A stretch of 64,000 bases of DNA from the NCBI GenBank assembly GCA_010093815.1, contig ML996584.1; one strand, given 5' to 3'. A model generated the notes under the pieces. That model worked only from the letters and a program-made list of their open reading frames with translations, ran no database searches and was not told the origin of the DNA. Source of the DNA: Pseudovirgaria hyperparasitica (Eukaryota). Below are positions 39,132 to 51,005 of this stretch, piece after piece (positions within the stretch are counted from its first letter, which is position 1; every line of letters starts with the position of its first letter). Made by a program: the position numbers and the translations under genes.

Positions 39132-39204
39132 GCCTCAGTGATCTTGGTGTAAATGATCATGCCCCGTAGGGTCAATTACTATCTAGTAGGTTCTAATCAT
39201 TGGA
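39132..39204 (-). ncRNA. Box C/D snoRNA, U24/snR24-like guide for the 25S Cm1437-equivalent site
   Basis: Minus strand: C box ATGATTA (39194-39200), D' TTGA, C' ATGATCA, D CTGA (39135-39138). Guide CACCAAGATC is complementary to LSU GAUCUUGGUG, with the 5th nt upstream of D pairing to the C. Lies inside intron 39064-39248. Confidence 0.85.
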
Positions 39205-39382
39205 AAATGGGATGGATGGAGAGGGTTGGGTAGGTATCATTAGCTTACCAAAGTCTATATATCAATGGCAACATTCCACAAGTCATGCAAGACCATGTTT
39301 CATTAGAATTTGATGGCCTAAGAAAGATTTAGCTGGATTCCGTTGAACATTAAGTATTTCATACAAGGAACGGCGATGTGGT

Positions 39383-39483
39383 TAAATCAGAGTATGAGGA
39401 ATATCATCGCGTCGTAGCCGTTGAGAAACCCCGGCGAGGGTTTCCGGTCAACGAACTCATTCGCAAATTATATCATCAGGAGA
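39383..39483 (-). ncRNA. snR87: Box C/D snoRNA, snR87/U16-like guide for the 18S Am436-equivalent site
   Basis: Minus strand TGATGA-TATAATTTGCGA-ATGA: C box, guide complementary to 18S CGCAAAUUA, then D'. Internal stem-loop (CGTTGA/TCAACG plus GAAACCC/GGGTTTC); D box CTGA at 39387-39390. Lies inside intron 39318-39525. Confidence 0.85.
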
Positions 39484-39883
39484 GCGCTGCGAGGGGTATA
39501 GGAGTTCGGGGGGATCTCAACTTACCGACGTAGGTAGAGCCCCGCAGTAGCTAAGGCTATTGACTTTGCTATTCTTCGTCATATGCTGTACCATTTGTGA
39601 GCGAAGAGGCTGTCAAGCAAGGAGAGAAAGAGTCTTTGTATGGAAAGAAAACTTAGCGCGCGTGCAAGGTGGTGTCGCTAGGCGGGCGGTGTTCGGCACG
39701 AAGTTTTTCCGTCACCCACACGATTTTGCTACACACTTCCAACTCTCCATGAGTTGAAGATCGCTAAGTCAATCCAACAGAGCACCTTCCACCCACGCCC
39801 ATCGAACCGAAAGTACGTCCACTCTATCATCAGACATAGTCGTAGGGAATCTACTGCTGACACAGGGATATTTGTAGGTCGCA

Positions 39884-40492
39884 ATGGGTGACGCCGATAT
39901 TACAGCATCTTCGTGGAGACAGGTCGAAGTCGGCCGAGTCGTTCTCTTTTCGTATGGACCATACGCAGGTCGCCTTGCAACCATAGTGGAAATTATCGAC
40001 CACAAGCGTGTACGTTATCATGGAAATCTGGAGTTTCCGACCATTGGCAACGAACAAGCAAGCATAACAGTTTCGACTGACCGAAATCAGGTTCTCGTTG
40101 ATGGTCCAGCATCCTCCGAAGACAAAGTCGTTCCCCGTCACGCCGCTCCGCTTTCACAGCTCTCTCTGACCGCTCACGTCATTCCTGGTTTACCTCGCGC
40201 AACCGGTTCCAGCAAAGTAAAATCCCTTTGGGAGAAGGAAGAAGTGGAATCGAAATTCGCCAACAGTCCCTTCGCACAGAAACGCGCGCAGCTCGCCAAG
40301 CGGAGAACACTCAATGACTTCGAGAGATTCAAGGTGATGCGTCTGAGGAAGCAGGTACGAAAATGCTCTAATGAGTCCAGGCAGTCAAAGGGCAGGAAGG
40401 ACGATGCAAAAGATGAATCGCTAACGTATAACCAGGCTCGTTTCGAAGTCTCCAAGTCGTTGGCCAAGGTCCGCGCATCGGCCAAGGCGTGA
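39884..40492 (+). CDS. RPL14: 60S ribosomal protein L14 (eL14)
   Basis: WRQVEVGRVV, IVEIIDHKR|VLVDGP and LNDFERFKVMRLRKQ|ARFEV; introns 40010-40090 and 40355-40435; 5'-UTR intron ~39813-39878. Confidence 0.96.
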   Translation: MGDADITASSWRQVEVGRVVLFSYGPYAGRLATIVEIIDHKRVRYHGNLEFPTIGNEQASITVSTDRNQVLVDGPASSEDKVVPRHAAPLSQLSLTAHVIPGLPRATGSSKVKSLWEKEEVESKFANSPFAQKRAQLAKRRTLNDFERFKVMRLRKQVRKCSNESRQSKGRKDDAKDESLTYNQARFEVSKSLAKVRASAKA

Positions 40493-40946
40493 TGTGGACA
40501 TGTTGGTGTAGTGCGTTTATGGGCTGATTAAGTGGAATCATGCATCCTGAAGGAGAACAGGTCTGGGTTTCAAAGACGTTCTTTCGGCGTCTTCCAATCA
40601 AAATTAACGAAATCAAATACTGAGTTGACTGAAGTGCTCGTGCCGGTCGATACTTTCTACATAGTAAGGACGGCCAGTACAATGTCCCTATCAGCTTGTA
40701 GAAATACCAATGATTGCGGGGCTATAATGCGCGAACCAGATTTAGTGATAAACTCGAATTGTTCATTGAAGTCACCCAGTTTGGCAGCTTTGTTGCTCCA
40801 AATCATGTACGATTTGCATAATACGTATTCACGCTCGCTAAGGAGCTAAGATTGCCCACACAACCGAAAAGGCCCGTGCTCACAGCTCCAGTACATTGCA
40901 TTGCACTCCACCATCACAGCTTCGAGATCTTCAACAACATAACAAC

Positions 40947-41717
40947 ATGTCGAACCCACGTATTGAGGAATTGACAGACGAACCCGACAAGAAGATTGCT
41001 GAGGTCGAGGATGCCGAGGACAGCTCTGACTCCGAGGTTGAGGCGTCCGGCGCCGGTGACGGCGAAGTTGGCATCCCGGCTGGTGCCTCAGTCGCTGTAC
41101 ACTCCCGCAATGAGAAGAAGGCTAGAAAGGCGATTGCCAAACTTGGGCTCAAGCACATCGAAGGGATTACCAGAGTGACTCTGAGACGCCCAAAGAATGT
41201 AAGTGATGACAGCGGTTACTCTGCAACATCGTAGCTTCAAGAATTCATAACAATGGTCAACCTAATGCGGCGATCAGATCCTTTTTGTTATCAATCAACC
41301 TGATGTCTATAAGTCCCCTTCAAGCAACACTTGGATGTAAGCAACATCCGGTTTTCCCAAACTACGAACCATCATTCTGACTTACGAGCCAGTATCTTCG
41401 GAGAAGCTAAGATTGAGGACTTAAACTCGCAAGCCCAGGCCAATGCTGCGCAGCAACTTGCTGCTTCCGAAGGTGCCGGTGGAGATCACGCTGGACACGA
41501 TCACGGCGACAAGGGCAAGAGCATCGACCTTGGTGGCGAGGAGAAGAAAGAGGAGGAGGAAGAAGATGATGGTGAGGAGGTTGATGACTCCGGACTCGAG
41601 GCAAAGGACATTGAATTGGTCATGCAGCAAGCCAGCGTCTCGAGGAAGAAGGCTGTGAAGGCACTGAAAGAGAACGACAATGACATTGTCAATTCCATCA
41701 TGGCACTGAGTATATGA
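40947..41717 (+). CDS. EGD2: Nascent polypeptide-associated complex alpha subunit
   Basis: [52 protein letters not shown] and UBA tail [12 protein letters not shown]; two introns. Confidence 0.96.
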
Positions 41718-42174
41718 GGACTACACGATCCATGGCCTCTGTCTCGAAAACAAGCGCATACTATGTATGATAGCCAAAGCGCAAATGACATTTACAACTT
41801 TCAAAAGGCTAGGACCTACAATTAAAAGTATTAAGTAGTGAGACCGGACGGATGTATTTGCTTATAATACTGTGAGCCATTTTACAATCAAATGACTACC
41901 GTGTACCTTCAATCACTAAACGGGAGATTGTGTCCTTCGAGAATACTTCTTTGTAGGATCACTTCGTAGGAACCATAGGGGCGACATCACGTCCTTAGGG
42001 CCACACACAATTCGCGACACGTGCTTCGGTTGAGGGCGAAGTTGCGTATGCGGCTAGATTTATCACGTGATCACTAATACTCAATCGCGAACCCAAATCT
42101 CTTGCAGCTCCAGAGCGACGGACATCATCACGACATAGACCTCCCCCATTCCACACAACGTGCCAGTCATCAAA

Positions 42175-42891
42175 ATGGCGGTAGGAGTAAGTAGACTCCT
42201 CTTGCTTACATCAATTTCGATACCATTGAGACGTAATTCGTTCTAATGCCAAATAGCGCAGCGCAGCTCTCAAGATCGACTGGACCAAAATCGGTACACA
42301 GCTCGGCCTCAAGGGCGCAACCGCGTCGTCCCTCTCCGCCTTCAAGAAGCGCAATGACGATGCCAGACGCAAGGTGCAGGTGCTCAGCGAGCAGCCCCAG
42401 AATGTCGATTTCGCCTACTATCGCTCCGTACTGAAGAACCAAACCATTATTGACGAAATCGAGAAGCAATTCAATGGCTTCAAGCCTGCATCCTATGATG
42501 TTAACAGACAAATCAAGGCTATTGAGTCCTTTGAGGCACAAGCTGTTAGAAGTGCAGAGGAAACAAAGGGTCTGGTCGACAAGGAGTTGAAGGACCTTGA
42601 GAAGACTCTAAAGAACATTGAGGATGCTCGACCTTTCGAAGACCTCACTGTGGTATGTTTGCTTGTGTTTACGCCTCTATGTCTCAAAGATTGGAGTACT
42701 AAATTGAGTCTCAGGATGAGGTTGCTGCTGCGCGTTCCGATATCGACGAACGCACCGAACAGCTCGTCTCCAAAGGCAAATGGACAGTGCCTGGCTACAA
42801 GGTAATCCCTGACCCCTTGCATGATGTGAACTCAATTGGCCATCAACTGATACACCTGCAGGAGAAATTTGGCGACCTCTCTGTCTTGTGA
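42175..42891 (+). CDS. ATP7: Mitochondrial ATP synthase subunit d
   Basis: [50 protein letters not shown] and [18 protein letters not shown]; three introns. Confidence 0.95.
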
Positions 42892-43374
42892 AACCATCTT
42901 CGATACCTTCTGCAGATACATTATCTGTCTGCATGTGCATAGCCCCCTAACTCGACTGTCACAATAGACTCTATAACTTCAATATCGAATTTATGCATGT
43001 GACACTGTTATCGATATACTCTGAACTGGTTAGATCGATGGATGTATATCAACATGTGACCGTAAGCATTCCCGGCTTCCGTCAAGTATATGGAATGGGA
43101 CATTCGACTCCAGTTCGTCTACATTAGCTTGAACTCAACAGCGGCCCAGCTCAATACTGCCCATTCCACAAAGCTTTACTGCGTGGGTCGGCTCTCTGAT
43201 ACACCTCGAAGTATGGAAGTCTCATGAATAGTTCGCATTTCCAGCTTCTGATGCAAGTATTGTATCCTGTGACAAACCTTAATTGAACAAGATCACAATA
43301 GGTGTGGCATGATATCAGATTGCTGTGTTATTACATGCTCCCTTACCATCAGTAACACATACGCACTATCGTGT

Positions 43375-44239
43375 CTACGCCTTGGAGCTAACATTATAGT
43401 ACATCTCAATTTCCTTAATCCGGAACAGATTATCCTCAGCGGGCGGATCTGCGGTCCAGCCCGGATCTCCATTCGCCCAATTATTCCACAGCCAGCTCCC
43501 AGAAACACCTGGGACGTCGGTTGTGTATTCCTTCTGAAGCGCACCATCCAAGTAGAACCTGCTCACACCCGGGAGCCAATCAATCCGATACTCATGCTCC
43601 GCCGAGCTGATATCAGACGGACTTGGTGCGCTGCTCCAGGTACGATCTGCAAATACACCGTTGAGGTCCTGGTTGGTGTAGAACAGGGGCCGGGACCCGT
43701 CACCGGGGTTAGAGAGTGATTTAGGGTCTGAGATCCATTCGATATCGATTTCGGCCCTATCAGATTTGTAAAAGAAGAAGCCTATATGAGTTAGGCAGAG
43801 CGCTTGGTCAGGGATGAGATGTATGGAACGGGGGAAATATACCATTACAAGCACCCGGTACATCGCCATAGATTGCCGTCGTGCGCACGCTGCCATAAAG
43901 AATGTTTGATTCCACGGTCCCGAGCTCGGCACCTGTAAGTGGACTTTGGGACTGACCACCGGGGATTATTAGGTCCAAATAGCCAGCGCGGACGACGGCG
44001 TTACTCGCCAGGAAGCGGTGACTGAACGGAGCAGAAGCGTCTTCAACAGTGTATTCGCTGGCATAAAGGCCCTCTGGAAGCGACGAGCCGGTGAACGTGT
44101 ATGTTGCGCTGTGTGTGAATATTCCTGCATCACCGACCTCGTAGTTGTTCCCGTTCTTGGTGACACCAGGGACGCGCTTCGTAGACAAAGCAAGTGTGGA
44201 GGCCACAAATGCCAGCAGAGTAAGAGCCTTGTTTACCAT
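43375..44239 (-). CDS. Secreted glycoside hydrolase family 16 protein
   Basis: Signal peptide, ILYGSVRT, PGACNG|FFFY, catalytic EIDIEW, HEYRIDW and WNNWANGDPGW motifs; one intron. Confidence 0.9.
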
Positions 44240-46615
44240 GACGGGCGAAGGTTGTTGAGCCTAGGGTATGAGTACTGAGCGTGTTCAGTCAAAACAAAGA
44301 GCATATATACTGCAGAATATAAAACCCCGGGATCAGGAACTGTGCGTATAGAACGATTATTCCGCGTATCAGGTTCACTAAAGGCCCGAAGGAATGGGCA
44401 TGCAAGTTCAACCTGCCTAGATCAGATTTCATTAGCCCAAAGCCCCCAGAATAGCATCAGGCGTCGGTTTAACATTGGATATAGAAATGCTTTAGACTCG
44501 ATTGGGGCCTTCCAAGTTCGCCTGAATTCATATGCTGTTATAACCTCCTAGTTCATCACCCTACGATGGTACTCAGTTCAGACAGCCAATCGAAAGAACG
44601 ACTCAGTGGCTCAATAATGCTGTGGCATTGGTAATTACGTATACACCTATGATCTGCTACGAAACGCTGATCGAGCCCTACAATGCCTATGAACTTGTGA
44701 AATCAAAGTCGATGTGGAGGGTTTCAAATGTCCAAGCGGCTTGAATAGAGAATTCTTTTGGGATGAGTATGTTGCCTGTTAATTGGACATGCATAGCGGA
44801 GCTGGACATTGGCAGCGCCATGATATTGCATTTAGCCCCCGTTCAGTTCGCAGCAGCCACAGCCACCTATGCAATATCGTAACAAGCCAGCTTTAGCCTC
44901 TCGTCCGGAAAGGTGATTGGACGGTATAACCCTGGTCCAAGTCAGAGGCTTTTCAGCTGAGGCTGGTATATGACTAGTAGGCGAACACTACGCGGCTTAA
45001 TTACTTGAAAAGTACAATTACTATTTGGAAGGGTGATTCCCGGGTGGTGAGAATGAGTAGGACTACACACTACATAATTAGTGTAGGCTGAAACTATGGC
45101 TTATCGAGATACAGCTAGATGAGAGATAACTTGAGGGTTTCATTTCAATAAGGTCAGCAGAGTCTTCGAGCACTCTCGAAGCAATGCATCTCTGTATAGG
45201 AAGTGGTTAAAAGCATTGCATCAAGTGGGTAGTCCTTGCCACTGGCAAAGTATCTTTTGGATGTACGCCGCCGCTGTTGTGTGCTACAAAATAATGGATT
45301 TGCAGATCTTGCCCAAAGACATCGTTGTACACCTTCAGGGCTAGGTCTTGTTCTGTGCACATCTATCATTCTACCGAGGACTCATCGAGAGTGTGCACAG
45401 ATAAATGACCTGTCACTGCACATCATGAAAGGTTGTAGACGTAGATGGCCGACAGCGAAATCCGAATATGCCAATTGTGAGAACCATAGCAAGGATGTGC
45501 AAAATTAGTGGACAGCCGCTCCCTTTAAGACAAATCCATCACTATATAGACTGCTACTATACGTTATGATCTAAGAGAGGTATACCACATATACACGCTC
45601 TGGTTTAGTGGAGGGTAGCTAATGACTATCGAAAATAATTAGACTTTATAGTTACTCTAGTATTAAGACGTGGCGCATGCGCGGGCGTAAGTGTCTGGAC
45701 ATGGATGACTGATAGACTTCTTAGACTTAGTCCGTATGTCCCGGTTATGGAGTATAGATATCCGGATGCTGCTGCGTTGATGCCTTTGAAATACCCACTA
45801 GCTCATGTCAAACTAGGCAGAGCAGAGTCTCCACGTTTCACTGTAGACAAGGCAGAGACTGGTGCATCGGCAGTAAGAGCACCGGATTTTTGGACGTGCT
45901 TTGGAATGACGTAGGACTGATATTTTCCCGATGTCTTGTACGAAATAGGGTTCTGTTTATGAACAGACCGTAATAGCAATGTGTCGGTCCGATTAGACTG
46001 TTTCCACAACGTACCTTAGCGTTCACAGTCGTATTATTGCACTACTTTTGGCTTGTCAGGGCGACAGACTCGCTGTAGGCATCGTCGAGTGCATTTCAAA
46101 GGTGATGTTATGGTAGTTGTCGGTTGGTCCGAAGGGGGTTCTATGCTGTTTATACCACTTGTCCGTTTCAGATAGGTTGTAACGGGGGCATCAGCTGAAC
46201 GCATGCCAAGCCCAATGCAGTCCTGAAACATTCTCTTACAGGGTGGCGATTCTTTTGGCGCTGAGCCTCCGGCACTAATAGCCCCCATCGTGAAGAGATT
46301 GATGGAGATGTCATGTTCTGCTACTACAGCGCCATGCATTCATGATTCATGATTCGAGCATGCAATAAGCTGAGCGAATGGGGTCCGATTTACGAGGGAC
46401 GAATTACCATGTCGTACGGCAAGTTACAAGCGATACATAGTGGGAACCCTCATACTGACCATGAGCACACCTCTCCGCGTCCCTGATTTCGACTCTTGTT
46501 AGACTCCATTCCTCCATCCTGGTCTGGTTCTGTTTCTCTTAACTTCGAGTCCCATTGCGACTGTGGTGCACTCTTCTCATTCACTCGTGTTGCTTAACGC
46601 ATCCCAAATTCTACG

Positions 46616-47997
46616 ATGTACACGCACGACAAATTCGGCAGCTTCTTGCTGTTTGTACTGTTCGTGTTGTATCTCAGCACAACTTTTGCGTAAGTGGAAT
46701 TTCTCATGAGTGACGGTATGGCAAAACTGCTTGGCCTGGGCATGCAAGATTTGCCATCATTGCTCTTGGCTAGGTCGACCTCTGGCGGCTGTAGAGTACA
46801 TGAAACTGAACGTTACAAGATGACCGTTGACCTCTAGTGAATGAAGTATGTTTGCTGATTCATTTATCCCAATAGGGCACCATCTACGAGAATCCCGACT
46901 CTAACAATACGGCAAGATTCCAACTTGACTGTCAGTGGAGATGGGTCATGCGGCGGCTCGTCAGGACAAACGTGTGAGGGCAGCACATTCGGTGATTGTT
47001 GCTCATCTAAAGGATTTTGCGGGAAGAACGAAAGCTATTGTACGACGGGATGCCAAGGTGATTTTGGCCAATGTCCAACCTCAGACACTAGTTCGGATGG
47101 GTCCTGCGGCGGTCCCACCAGCATCACATGCGTAGGCAGCGAATTTGGAAACTGCTGTTCAGCCCGCGGATAGTATGATTCCACACCAGGAAGGTTCCTA
47201 TGTCGTCGCTGACCAATTACTCAGTTGCGGCAGTGGCTCGAGCTACTGTGGGAGCGGATGCCAGTCAGACTTTGGATCCTGTGGTGTGGGAAACATCATG
47301 TCTATCAGTTCAGATGGTACATGCGGTGGACCAGACAAAATCAGCTGTCAGGGCAGTGACTACGGAAATTGCTGTAGTCAGAGAGGCTAGTCAGTACACT
47401 TCAAGACTTGACAGCTGAACTCGCCGCTAATCCTACATCGTCAGTTGTGGTGCGAATGTCTCTTATTGTTCCTCGGGGTGTCAAGTATGTCTCCGTTTGT
47501 GACATCTTGTATCTGTTTTAACGTGTGCACAGAGCGAATTCGGAACATGTTTTCCAAGCGCATCTCATAGCAGCAGTGTCGACCTGAGCTCTTCGACGGC
47601 AATAATCACCGACACAGCCACCAACTCAGAGGCAATGAGTGATGGCGGGATATCAGGCGGAGTAATCGCCGGCGCTGTAGTCGGTGCCGTTGGTGGAGTT
47701 TGCCTGGCAGGACTTGGAATGTTCTTCGTATGGCGGATGCGGAAAGCTCGGAGCTCGGAGCGATTGACTTCCGGTGCTCATACCCGGGACCCCTCCTTGC
47801 ATGGAGACCAGAAGCCTGTGCCTGAACTGCAAGTGAATGAGGCTGTTAGCCCGCATCAGGAAGCTCTTGTCAGCTCTACTCCATATTACGAAATGCCAAT
47901 AGGGAAGAGGCACGAGAACTTCGTAAAGAGGCCGGCGGAATTGGATACCTCACAAGCCTTTGAAATGCCAGCTGAGGATCACTGTCTGAGGAAATGA
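46616..47997 (+). CDS. Membrane-anchored chitin-binding protein with three CBM18 (hevein) modules
   Basis: Signal peptide exon; three DG.CGG...C.GS.(F/Y)G.CCS..G.CG....C..GCQ..FG.C modules; Ser/Thr stalk; TM GGVIAGAVVGAVGGVCLAGLGMFFVW; cytosolic PELQ/AELD/FEMP tail; four introns. Confidence 0.88.
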
Positions 47998-48594
47998 GAA
48001 ATGGCATGGTTGTCTGAGTTGATCAATTTCCTGCGAATCATATTAGCGAACGTGTTTATAGAAGTCTGGAAGTTTGCCCGCACTTGGGGAACCATACTCT
48101 TATCTAATCGACAAAACGTATGTAATGCATTGTTCCCAATTCGAAGTCATCTCCAATGACAAGGGGCGGTTATGCGCGAGGAAAAGATGGCTATGTATCA
48201 TAGGTAATGGAAGCCTGAGATATATTAGGGCGGTGAGGTGAACTAACAACATCTGGAGGTGACCTCGGGACATATCCTGAAGAGTTCAGAGGTAACAATG
48301 TCTAGCAGGAGTACCACCAGTTATCTAGACAATAATTAGACATGATATCCATTTTACACTTCAGAGAAGAGGACAAAATATACGGTTCGTGTTGGATGTG
48401 CCGCGTAGTTCGGATACATGGGGCGCAGAAAATTGATCAGTCTATATAAATCCGAATACTATGACGTATCTGCTTATCTTGCCCTTAATTTATTTTCTCG
48501 ACCGTGAGGTCTGTGATCTTTACAGTTGCGTCCTCGCGAACAGTATGTGCGTTTTCGTGACTTCGTGAGGTGTAGACGTGAATGATTGGTGTAT

Positions 48595-49086
48595 TCATAT
48601 CCTTCGATCAAGTGCTTCCACGCGTGCACGGAAGCCTTTCACAATCTCTCCAATACGGCGAATCTTGTCAAATTCAACCTGGAGCTCGTTGGTCTGCCGG
48701 ATGATCTCGTGGAAACGGGCAATTTCTGCATCGGCATTGCCAATCAACGTGCCTGCGCGGTCATGCTGCATGTTGGTGAACTGTGCGGCTTGGGCGTTGA
48801 GCTATGTGTCAGGCATTAGCATGATAACAGATCATCCCCGAGCCGAGCTCACATAGTGCCATCGCGACGTTATGGCGTGCAGTAAACGATCGAAGTGCGC
48901 AGAGAGTTGAGCCAAGCTGGATGGATCCAGAAGCAGTCGTCCTTGACTTGATGCATTGCTAGCAGCGCGTGAGGAAGAAGCACCGGCTTGAGATAGTGCG
49001 ATGGCTTGCTGTTGGCGCAGCGTTTGGATCTCTGCGCCTGTGAGACCCAATTGAGAATCTGGTATCGAATTGGCGGGAGAGGTCAT
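48595..49086 (-). CDS. CNL1: BLOC-1 complex subunit Cnl1
   Basis: IPDSQLGLT, SRAASNASSQGRLLLDP, then exon 2 ADAEIARFHEIIRQTNELQVEFDKIRRIGEIVKGFRARVEALDRRI*. Confidence 0.85.
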
Positions 49087-51005
49087 GGTGTTTCAGCTGT
49101 TTGTAGGCCTCTCATGGTCATGGTCGAGGAACGCCAACGACTGGCATGACCGCACGCAGTGGAAGGTCGCATCCGCGAATGGGTAATTAGGCTCGGTGTT
49201 GGAGAAGCGGAAGAGCGGAAGAAGGTGTGATGCGGGTGGGAGAAGAATTAAGATGAGATAGCGCTCTGTTACACGAACCCGGAGGGGCTAAGGGAAATGA
49301 GACGAAGCGGCGGCGAGGGTATGGTGGTCACAGTCAAAGGCACAACAGCCTGGAGGCAGTCTTATTTTTGGATGATATAGTTAGACGAGGATGAGATTGG
49401 GATGGATCCAATGATGAACTCATCCATGGATGGATGCTTTGTCCGGGGGAGCTTCGAAATGTCGAACGGTTCTCCACTTCACTTAACAGTAGTACCTGCT
49501 TGACTGATGACCACATCCATCTGCATATACCTATACCAACCATAGCATCTACTGTATGCAACCCCATGATAATTCGATTTGCGTGCGTTTCTTCTGTATG
49601 CACGAAGTAGGCTGAGCACTCCCAATCGTCCTGCAGCCCTATCCGCAGCCATGTCACTGACATCCTTAGCTTTCGAAAACTCCCCTGTTCGACATTGACG
49701 TTAATCAGGCAGCAACTTCATTTGAACGCTTGCAGCTAATCCATTCCCCCCGGCGTCGAGACTCTTTGTTGTTTCGCTCACCAGCGCCGCGAATCTAAAG
49801 CCCTCAAACGTGTTGTGACCTTGCCTTGCCGCCTCCAGCGACTGTTCATGTCAATTATATCTGTGATTCACTCTGAAAACACACTTTGATTGAGACCGAA
49901 TAATCTAGTTAATTGACATGTGCATAAATTACGCGCCCTTATTGTATCATCAAGGCTTCGCTGCATCATTCTGTCCACTAGTCCACGGAAGTGGCTGGCG
50001 GCGAAGCAGACCCCTGCCTGTTTCCTTTATTCGTTCCTCCACACACAATCAGCAGCAGCACACCCTCTCAAACGGTCATCGCGACATTCCAAGAAGGTGG
50101 GCGCATTCTCTGGCTAAATACCTAGGCTTTCGGGAAAAGGGACGGCTCATTCGGTCGTCTTACTTCTCGCATGAACGTCTCTACCTGTCGACTTGTTCCT
50201 TGGCCTCGGCCGTATACCCTCCTTGCTAACCTTTTGGACACAGTTTACAAGGCGGTCCCGTCTGCTCATCTTTAGTAGACACACCAAGCACATGTGATGT
50301 CGGCAAAGCTGTCTCAAACCTTTAGCCCGGCTTAAGAGCGATCTGACAATGGTAATTAAACCAATTACCTGTTCGAGGCTTATATACCATCACAAGATAG
50401 ACATCACAGGACCACGGCACCATTCACGGCACCAAACCAAGAAGATTCGATCATTGGAGCTAGGCGGCACCTAGTATCACGCGAGCGTCGCTCATAAAGG
50501 GTAGAATCTTATCTGCTATTACAATGCTGCTCTCTATGCCATATGGAGACGAGATACCACGCAGTCGATCTTGAGGTCCGTTCTACCTTCTCTACTCGAG
50601 GTACAACAAGCAGTATCCAGATGGACGATCCTTCTGCAAAGGTGATTTTTCGACATCCACCTGGGATTGAGATCTTATGCTTCCAGTGGCGCGTCTCAAG
50701 CTGGTGGTATGAGCAACGACGACGACATTCTTCTTGTGCACGAAGGTTGTGGTCAGTCTTAGCAGTGAGCGCGATAGTCCAAATGGTAATGCTACAACTT
50801 CGAGCATGCTCTAGTGTTCGGTCAGGTCAACTCGATATCCCATGCCAGGCTACAACAGGTCTTTATGGTTGTCACTGACCGTGAAACAGTTCAGAGAAAT
50901 TTTTCTAGAATTGGCATGCGTATACATGCTATGCAATGTGTTCAAGACTGCCATATTCTATGCAAACATCGCGTTTTCAGGCTTGCAAACTGCCATACTA
51001 AAAGC

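Larger units (their letters stand above)
38900..39620 (-). ncRNA. Spliced non-coding snoRNA host gene with two introns (ends approximate)
   Basis: Intron 1 GTAAGT(39525)...TAG(39318); intron 2 GTAAGC(39248)...GCTAAC...CAG(39064); 69-nt middle exon; no substantial ORF. Confidence 0.7.

Noticed and set aside
43091..43168. TGGAATGGG/CCCATTCCA stem as a possible H/ACA snoRNA
   Set aside because: No ANANNA H box or correctly placed second hairpin with ACA on either strand.
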